This document shows positions 27,601 to 32,000 of a DNA stretch of 32,000 nucleotides, in pieces (position 1 is the stretch's first letter; the number at the start of each line of letters is the position of its first letter). The position numbers and the translations under genes were made by a program. This stretch comes from Clostridia bacterium (lineage in GTDB: Bacteria; Bacillota; Clostridia; HGM11514). The DNA is taken from contig JAXGBA010000078.1 of NCBI GenBank assembly GCA_034186235.1, forward strand, positions 1 to 32,000, in the 5' to 3' direction. The notes under the pieces were generated by a model. It was not told the origin of the DNA. It was given only the letters and a program-made list of their open reading frames with translations, and ran no database searches.

Positions 27601-28161
27601 AACCACATACGGTGCGTCGGTATCGTTTCCGAGTGCGGTATCGAGCATAAGGCGGATACTTATATCGGAAGTCTTACCGCTTTCGTTTGAAACCTCAAAC
27701 GAAAAACCAGCATTTCCGAGAGTATCGGTGTTTTCGTCCGTGCCGAGCGCAACCTTCATTTTTACGGTTACGCCGTTAATAGTCCACGGAACGGTTAAAA
27801 GTCTGCCCTCCTCGGAAACAACGGGTGTTCCAAGAATGGAGTTCAGCCCGAAAAATCCGTAATCCTGCCCGAAAACATAATCCTTATCGTCTATACGGAC
27901 GGAAACGAAGGAAGTTCCGTTGCTGCGCGCCTTATCCTCGCTATAAAGCAGAGGAATATTATTATCAAGCGACTTTTTGGGGTTACCCTCGGCGGTTTCG
28001 ATAGCAAAACCGCCGGTATCTGCGTGGAAGGTATATGTAAGATACCCGTTTGAAATACTGTAAATATTCTGCTCCTCGGCACCGGCAATGCACGGTGTTA
28101 AAACGCCGATAAGCATCGAAAACACAAGCACATAGGAAATCAGTTTCTTAAAAATATTCAT
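21676..28161 (-). CDS. giant secreted, SLH-anchored cell-surface protein (2161 aa)
   Basis: Uninterrupted 6.5-kb ORF with a GGGGAGGA RBS upstream of ATG 28161 and a Sec signal peptide. From the C-terminus by my count: three SLH repeats (21679..22230); an InlB-B-repeat-like module YYKVTVLESEHGKVTV... (22231..22455); a Gly/Ser/Pro linker (22456..22497); a helical FIVAR-like module (22498..22701); a Big_2-like Ig module (22702..23034). Further upstream are FN3/Ig-like modules and large unassigned regions. Confidence 0.85.
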   Translation of the reverse strand: MNIFKKLISYVLVFSMLIGVLTPCIAGAEEQNIYSISNGYLTYTFHADTGGFAIETAEGNPKKSLDNNIPLLYSEDKARSNGTSFVSVRIDDKDYVFGQDYGFFGLNSILGTPVVSEEGRLLTVPWTINGVTVKMKVALGTDENTDTLGNAGFSFEVSNESGKTSDISIRLMLDTALGNDTDAPYVVVDTDIVPTMTEKKFSGDEVPQQLRCVDSLSNPSKLAYVITKGWSGGIEPSSVIVGHWANLANTRFDYNPDEYCDFTNYSNAYKTPDSAVAVYWEKKAVPNGGNFSAESLYGVGNFTNDNESDIGLNIVCGRVELDESGNAYKNGGEFDVTVEIDNSGDAAVLLTSAQLNLTVDEKFFEIVGGIGSIVTINEIGKEVITRQFRLRAKPQTDLTAGTVYASLTATANLADGTQKTVETAGEDSVILRSVSGKIAEVHITKVNPEIVWTGGEKAITVSGSMKPFKALSGNQGWDLRLKHKTSGHSVLIEKKNIAFMDEEYQNLSFTTKEELEVGEYSLVFAFSDKDLVAEFGKSITAKATLTVSADEKYKLKSYGTIALVRMTKNNATDYEFFTFANEGEYKQFYSGKLEKTGEIRGEKFKFDFGKDKNAIADAEVILNIRGGIREMKRESGERYWQAEFGDGDIIINNILSYEGDKPLEIYEKNGAYTVKGDGLLKVVNSINVWRSKWNFTVNKGVATTLDTERFQDASALKLEPATLTLSLDGAATMIQMIGGFLIDLKFGEMSSSWYEDGDGIVTYGIGFGGSISLPIKAPKTEETPQRDLTADQEDISMEMNNLFDDSDPDDYSDTFNQMFDETPQPTSDEKTKISKDTKLSEGELSAEINNILFGERGEVKDGKVEVEDDKGYIGIDAKFSLGLPKDLLGSLVSNAPGIYASVTINTIENVYEINAGLNIKVIECEGVLAFKQVKLKGKDKILPDKIEFYIRDGLKIPLAPPVLFMTGLGGGINDLADSIGGSFDKLPPVTLLLFTRLEAIGVLTGDFNARISLEGLSLTGDMNIKYAKGILNLQAGIQARWIEPWELNLYGSINIIDGLIKGGITVNIADDYFYGYIYASLCIPDSIPFVGGKELAGVEAAASHEFIGANIKIIGIKFGVIYYWGEKVSFGKNIDLSAPSRSGKDLGSADEGTALYGTNIRALSVVSLAAPENVKEAIVKTNGADGQDALLLEIPYTGAGTPKAGEITVISPKDGIEIETTPDDGNGGGNMVVQNRDDGNYIYVTVTDKKAIANGEWKVKYTTENIEIKTFSMNAVDDIAELTGVSASHASNESFDISANLSVSGKAHEKGCVDVYLTEDPEVLDKIKASRNSGNALGINILHKDGVDIKSGTENITIPDSFPSGTYYMVATVSATDGISLAIDKTPITFKNPKLPKSVSSVHIAYGGNGGIFVSATDPENADYTHYLAEIISEDGKILDNAYGQFAMGSNFVFGKEANLEVGKNYLVRIKTLRETADPKDESKTLYYYGDGYVDSNILTLPSPKTPKLLSVKTNFDTTKEFISQDSVTVEYTFSEPAFVELSVNGLKAYSDNKFKTDWKFVLDNLEDGDYIIDFTAYADNKDHITGSDASDVENAQLGFTVDTSLPVLSLTRNTAASIEDPSAAVAIGANVITADDSGAYVIEGMTENSAVLTIDGSSDGINISNNGSFTISKTLPDGKMSVVHRLKAADRAGNETELVVTVIKGGSAAISGIEIQNGGKSVDADSNGIKKISIRNGQSIDLTALLTANGSTYTADEDDVDWNIMYAKNIVSFEGGKLTALIPGETAVKAKVSTTDVETEDGQIISAGVSDNVVIEVGGNTKDDLEAKIAEAEGVLASEPNASEGRKNALSKAIEKAKTVLNNSSSTDKDYTDSVSDLTEAIALFKKGDRPSGGSPSGSGSARYYKVTVLESEHGKVTVSSERALGGTSVTVTATPDEGYVIADLLINGMSVGRTSPYTIKAIDKDIEVQAVFAEKSRLPFTDVVESDWFFDNVAYVYDNNLFKGITDTLFGPDKNLTRAMLVTVLYRSEGEPSASKPSGFEDIADGAYYKDAVAWAAENGIVSGYSETEFAPDDLITREQIAAIMHRFAGFKGMDVSAGENFDISVYSDFDDISEYAVPALKWTAASKIMVGRTETTLDPKATATRAEAAAILQRLLER
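21679..22230 (-). other. three tandem S-layer homology (SLH) domains (cell-wall anchoring region of the 2161-aa protein)
   Basis: FTDVVESDWFFDNVAYVYDNNLFKGITDTLFGPDKNLTRAMLVTVLYR; FEDIADGAYYKDAVAWAAENGIVSGYSETEFAPDDLITREQIAAIMHRF; FDDISEYAVPALKWTAASKIMVGRTETTLDPKATATRAEAAAILQRLL. Each shows the SLH pattern with a T-R-A/E-(E/Q)-x-A helix. Confidence 0.8.
28078..28161 (-). other. Sec-type signal peptide of the 2161-aa protein
   Basis: MNIFKKLISYVLVFSMLIGVLTPCIAGA|EE has a basic n-region, a hydrophobic core and an AxA-like cleavage site. Confidence 0.7.
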
Positions 28162-28175
28162 ATCCGTCCTCCCCG

Positions 28176-31100
28176 TTAGTTAAGTACATAAACCTGAAGC
28201 GTAATATAATCACGCTTGTCGGTCTGGATAAAGAATGTATACCAGCCCGTTTCAAGACCGCCTATTTCAAATTCGCCGTTTTGGTTCTTTGAAATCATCG
28301 TGCCGGAACGCTTCATCTGACCCATTGTTTTTACGCCCTTCTGATAGCGGACATAAGCTGTTGATGTCGGCGAGAAGTTTTTAAGCGCAATCTTTATGCT
28401 GTCACCGCTGACCTCACTTCTTCCGGCAGCATCCGGAAGCTTCCCGTTTACCGTTGCCGCAACATCATAAAGTCCAACCAGGCGAACCGTTCTTTTAACC
28501 TTGGTTACATTATGAGCGTTATCTGTCACCTCATAGGTTATAACATATGAAATACTTCTGTCAAACTTGTTGTTTTCGATGTTGTCGGGGTCAAATCCGC
28601 CCCAATCCGTTACCGTAACGGCATTTGTAAGGTCATATCCACCGCCGAACCTATCGTATGCGCGGAAGGCCTCACCCGGCTTTGTGAGCATATCCTTACT
28701 GTAAGACTCGCCCATTCCGGGGTTTTCATAGAACACAAGTTCCTCTTTGCCGAGAAGGTCAATCACCGGAGGCTCCTTGTCGATAACCTCAATATCCACC
28801 GCATACGAATCGGAAAGCTGATTGTTTTTCTGCATATTGAATATATACATTCCGTTATCGGTATAGGTTTTTTCGTTGGTTTTTGAATAATCGCCGCTTC
28901 CGCCTGCGGGGCGTGTGTCGGCATCGGTTATAACGGTAACCGTAACATCATTCCCCGTAACGGGATTTGCTTCGTAAATATCTCCGGCCTTGGTCGAAAC
29001 CCTGAAGCCTGCCTCGTCTCCGGGCTTGTGGCTTCCGATGTGGGGTTTGGTTACCCATGCGCCGTTTTCGAGCACATCATAATCATAACTCCATCTCACC
29101 TCGGTAATCTTCGGAGCGGCAGAGTCTATTTCGCTGACCTTAACCGTAAGATAAGAGCAGATTCCCTCATCGTCAAACACCTTAAATGTGTAAACACCGT
29201 TTTTGTAGAAAGTAAATTCAGCAACATCCGCCTTGTACTGAATGCCGCCGTAAAGGACATTCACATCAGCAAGGCTGCGCCTTTTATCGATTTCGTTCCC
29301 CGATGTATCAAGCGCCTTTTTGAACTTGATTTTCACTTCGGTTTTATGTTCGTCCGGGAAAAGCTCTGCCGAAAGTGCCGGAGGAGTTTTATCGATATTC
29401 GATACCGTTACGACATCAGTAACCGCATTTCCTCCCTCATCAACAAACTTAATGCCGAGAGAACCGCTTTCCGCAAAGGTTATTGTCGATGTTCCGTAAT
29501 CAATCGAATACTGCGAAGCGTCGGTTATACCGCTTACCGGCTCAACCTCAATAATTTTAACATTCGGCTTTGAGAATTTGAGCGTAACGCTTACGCTTTT
29601 TGAAGTAACCGTATCCGGGTCAACACTGTATACGGTATCTATAATTTCGGGCGCTTCGGTATCGATGTTATCAATATGGAAATTCTTGGTTGTTTTGTTT
29701 CCGACTTTATCGTAAAGCGTAATGCCGTACGAACCGTTTTCGGGAAGCTCACCCGTAAATTCGGTACCATTTTCGGTAAGAGGAATATCCTTTCCGCCTG
29801 CCGCTTTCAGCGTAACCGTTCCTACACCGCTGCCCTCATCGGAGGCGGTAATTGTAATTCCGACCGGCTTATTCGTTGTAAGCGTTGTTGCCAGCTTATA
29901 CGAAATCTCGCCCGGGATTATATCAAAGTTTGCCGCCGAAATCTCTTTCGATGCCGTATAACCGTACATATCCTTCATATTAAATGTGAACGAAGGCTCA
30001 TAGCTGTCTATTATTTTTTCGGTTTTTCCGCCGTTGTTTGTTATTCGAAGGCCTCTCTCCTCCGCCCTGTCGGTCAGGTTTACAACAGCTTTTATACGCT
30101 TGTAATATACCCCGTCCGCATTAATGTCGGCAATCTCCTTCCAGTCTCCCTTTTCATCTTCATAGAAATAAGAAACGGTATAATCCTTGTCGGCGCCTTC
30201 CTCAATCGGAGTTTTGTTTATGCATTTGACCATCTTGTAGTCATCTCCGTCAAAAAGCGCGTACTCCGTTCCGAAGCCTTCAAGTCTCTGAACCGCTCCC
30301 CAGGAAACCGCACCTGTCTGCGAACTGCACCTAAGAGCGGATATCCATGAATTATCGGTAAAGGTGTATATAACCTTTTTAACACCGTACTCGTCACCGT
30401 CACTGATGAAATCGATCTTAACCGGGTAACCGCCGGAGCTCATATCATGGCTCCACGGATTTTCGTCATAATCGATTAAGTTGCCTTCGGCGTCGTGCAT
30501 CGGAATATTAATTGCAACGGGGGCATCGGTCCCATCGCCATAATATCCGCCGAGATTGATCGATTCTATACCGGATTCCGGATCCTGAATGGTAACCACG
30601 AAAGTTACATCGCCGATTGTCGGATTTACGCCTATAATGTCCTCATATTCATCGAAAACAAATATTTCGGGATTAATTTCAACCTTGACAACCGGAGGAG
30701 TGTTATCAATATTATCCGCAACAAGCTCGCAAACGCTCCAAGAATCTTTGTCAGCGTTACCTGCCTCGAAACTGTATACACTCACGGCTCTTTCCATAAT
30801 ATTAAGGTATTCACCGCTGTCAAGAATGAGCGGATATACGGAATAAACAAGCTTTGTGTATCCGCCGCCGGCTTCATCATACTCGGATTGTTCCTCATTA
30901 AGGAACAACCCCTGATTGTTTGCCTCCTGATCGTCATAAGGCATCACTCTAAGAGAGCTTTCCGATGGCGTAATAACCAGCGTAACCTCCCCGCCCTCGG
31001 GCGACAGCATTTGATTTTCGGGAACATCGGAACCGTTGAACTGTCTTTTGATATTTGCCTTTCCGGTGACGCCGAACTCAACATCGTTTATATCGATATT

Positions 31101-32000
31101 AACCGCCTTTGCTCTGCCTATATTGTCAACAGTGTAAAGAGTGTAGCTGCCGTTTTTATTTATTGCAAAGCTGTAGTCCTGCGAATATGTGCCGGCATAG
31201 CCTGCCGCAATCGAAAGATTTGTTTCTTCAAGTGTAAGCTCGTTTTCGGTATCCGGGACAGTCGTAACCTTATCCGCAGGAAGCACATATACCGGAACAT
31301 TGAAATTCACTCCTACAATCGACTTTTTATCAGCCTTCTTAGGGAAAGCTTCCGCCGATTTTGCGGTAATTTCCGCATCAGTTGTGCTTAATGTTTCTCC
31401 GAGAACAACATCGCGTGTGTTTCCGAGAGAATCTGTAAGTCTTAACCCTATACGGAAGCTTCCCGTTGTTCCGAAAATCTTCACATTATATGTGTAATTG
31501 TTGTCGCCGTCGAAACTTCCGGCGCTGCTTGCCGTTTCGTATGCCGAAACGCTGTCGCTGTTATATTCAAAGTATGTATCCTTGATTTTGCCGCCCGAAA
31601 GCGCCGATGCCGCCTCCGCTTCGGGAATAATCGCAAACGAAATACCGTCGGGCGCCGCTTCATTTATCTTTATGCTTGCTTCGCAGTCGACCCTTTCGCC
31701 GCTCGGCTTTTGCGTAACCGAAACAGTTTCCGCCGTCGGCGCCTCGCGGTCAATTCCGTTTATAACAAGCGGAACCTCGGTAAAGTTTCCGGCAGCGTCC
31801 GTAATTTCCAGAACGGTATTTGTGTTCTGCGTCGCAGTAACGCTGTAAGCGTCCTCTCCGTTTTCGATTTTAACCGAAGAATCTTCGCAGGTAACCGTCA
31901 TACCATCCGTGTTATCGTCCGATACATAAAGCTTGCCCGAAATATTTTCGGTTGTGTGTTCATCGTTCATAATAAGCCTTGCGCTCGGTGCTGTATCGTC
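28176..32000 (-). CDS. giant multi-Ig-module surface protein, C-terminal 1275 codons (5' end beyond the right window edge)
   Basis: The track ORF starts at ATG 31970, but the frame stays open to base 32000. My translation of 32000..31971 is DDTAPSARLI, which carries the same DxxAPx module-boundary motif seen six times inside the ORF. There is no signal peptide at M31970 and only a weak RBS, so the gene very probably starts outside the window. The stop is 14 nt upstream of the SLH gene start. Confidence 0.8.
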   Translation of the reverse strand, partial: DDTAPSARLIMNDEHTTENISGKLYVSDDNTDGMTVTCEDSSVKIENGEDAYSVTATQNTNTVLEITDAAGNFTEVPLVINGIDREAPTAETVSVTQKPSGERVDCEASIKINEAAPDGISFAIIPEAEAASALSGGKIKDTYFEYNSDSVSAYETASSAGSFDGDNNYTYNVKIFGTTGSFRIGLRLTDSLGNTRDVVLGETLSTTDAEITAKSAEAFPKKADKKSIVGVNFNVPVYVLPADKVTTVPDTENELTLEETNLSIAAGYAGTYSQDYSFAINKNGSYTLYTVDNIGRAKAVNIDINDVEFGVTGKANIKRQFNGSDVPENQMLSPEGGEVTLVITPSESSLRVMPYDDQEANNQGLFLNEEQSEYDEAGGGYTKLVYSVYPLILDSGEYLNIMERAVSVYSFEAGNADKDSWSVCELVADNIDNTPPVVKVEINPEIFVFDEYEDIIGVNPTIGDVTFVVTIQDPESGIESINLGGYYGDGTDAPVAINIPMHDAEGNLIDYDENPWSHDMSSGGYPVKIDFISDGDEYGVKKVIYTFTDNSWISALRCSSQTGAVSWGAVQRLEGFGTEYALFDGDDYKMVKCINKTPIEEGADKDYTVSYFYEDEKGDWKEIADINADGVYYKRIKAVVNLTDRAEERGLRITNNGGKTEKIIDSYEPSFTFNMKDMYGYTASKEISAANFDIIPGEISYKLATTLTTNKPVGITITASDEGSGVGTVTLKAAGGKDIPLTENGTEFTGELPENGSYGITLYDKVGNKTTKNFHIDNIDTEAPEIIDTVYSVDPDTVTSKSVSVTLKFSKPNVKIIEVEPVSGITDASQYSIDYGTSTITFAESGSLGIKFVDEGGNAVTDVVTVSNIDKTPPALSAELFPDEHKTEVKIKFKKALDTSGNEIDKRRSLADVNVLYGGIQYKADVAEFTFYKNGVYTFKVFDDEGICSYLTVKVSEIDSAAPKITEVRWSYDYDVLENGAWVTKPHIGSHKPGDEAGFRVSTKAGDIYEANPVTGNDVTVTVITDADTRPAGGSGDYSKTNEKTYTDNGMYIFNMQKNNQLSDSYAVDIEVIDKEPPVIDLLGKEELVFYENPGMGESYSKDMLTKPGEAFRAYDRFGGGYDLTNAVTVTDWGGFDPDNIENNKFDRSISYVITYEVTDNAHNVTKVKRTVRLVGLYDVAATVNGKLPDAAGRSEVSGDSIKIALKNFSPTSTAYVRYQKGVKTMGQMKRSGTMISKNQNGEFEIGGLETGWYTFFIQTDKRDYITLQVYVLN
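28473..28787 (-). other. DUF5011-like Ig domain near the C-terminus of the upstream giant protein
   Basis: VIDKEPPVIDLLGKEELVFYENPG...AFRAYDRFGGGYDLTNAVTVTDWGGFDPDN...YVITYEVTDNAHNVTKVKRTVRLVG follows the D-x-x-P-P-x-I ... Y.D.G..A.D ... DLT..V.V ... Y.I.Y.V.D..GN ... R.V.V pattern of that family. This is recognised by eye only. Confidence 0.45.

Noticed and set aside
28090-28101. Possible lipobox (LTPC) in the signal peptide of the SLH giant protein
   Set aside because: Pro at position -1 relative to Cys does not fit the [LVI][ASTVI][GAS]C lipobox. An AGA|EE signal peptidase I site follows, and the protein already has SLH anchoring.
1708-31848. Other long antisense or alternative-frame ORFs from the track: 1708..2280, 2818..3453, 12148..12774, 13742..14356, 19218..19826, 26836..27504, 29676..30350, 30495..31391 and 31498..31848
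   Set aside because: Each is fully nested in a much longer ORF with strong family signatures on the other strand or frame. Their translations are compositionally skewed and lack starts with an RBS. I found no independent support for overlapping genes.
1-32000. Search for CRISPR arrays, tRNA/rRNA genes, transposases, integrases, toxin-antitoxin pairs or known defence-system genes
   Set aside because: None found. All intergenic regions are short (about 245 nt or less) and are explained by promoters and terminators. No direct-repeat/spacer periodicity is visible. No ORF shows recombinase, nuclease-helicase defence or TA signatures. The only large helicase is canonical PriA in its conserved context.

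Overview
This 32-kb chromosomal segment has the gene order and protein signatures of a Gram-positive anaerobe of class Clostridia. That assignment is inferred from synteny and SLH anchoring, not from a search.

(i) 1-8.4 kb, minus strand: a tightly packed and partly translationally coupled housekeeping string, yicC-remA-gmk-rpoZ-coaBC-priA-def-fmt-Zn peptidase-rsmB. rsmB is partial and runs off the left edge.

(ii) 8.5-19.8 kb:
- rqcH
- three glycan-processing genes without signal peptides: DUF4091/GH123-like, DUF1680/GH127-like, and a right-handed beta-helix protein
- an Sfp-type phosphopantetheinyl transferase embedded among them
- an LplB/LplC-type ABC permease pair with no binding protein or ATPase
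- a small 2-TM protein
- an orphan PTS EIIC_2-type permease

(iii) 19.9-21.6 kb: a stand-alone mreB paralogue preceded by a small Cys-rich ORF, plus a small divergent membrane-anchored ORF.

(iv) 21.7-32 kb, about one third of the window: two tandem giant genes on the minus strand.
- The upstream gene is an Ig-module protein of more than 1275 aa. It is still open at the right window edge and has no anchor.
- The downstream gene encodes a 2161-aa secreted protein with three C-terminal SLH domains and large regions I cannot assign to any family.

I saw no rRNA, tRNA, CRISPR array, transposase/integrase or recognisable defence genes.

The best candidates for something undescribed are the giant two-gene surface locus, especially the unassigned central domain of the SLH protein. 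The other is an exact palindromic motif shared by the two intergenic regions that control the glycan genes. It points to a regulon whose regulator is not in the window.
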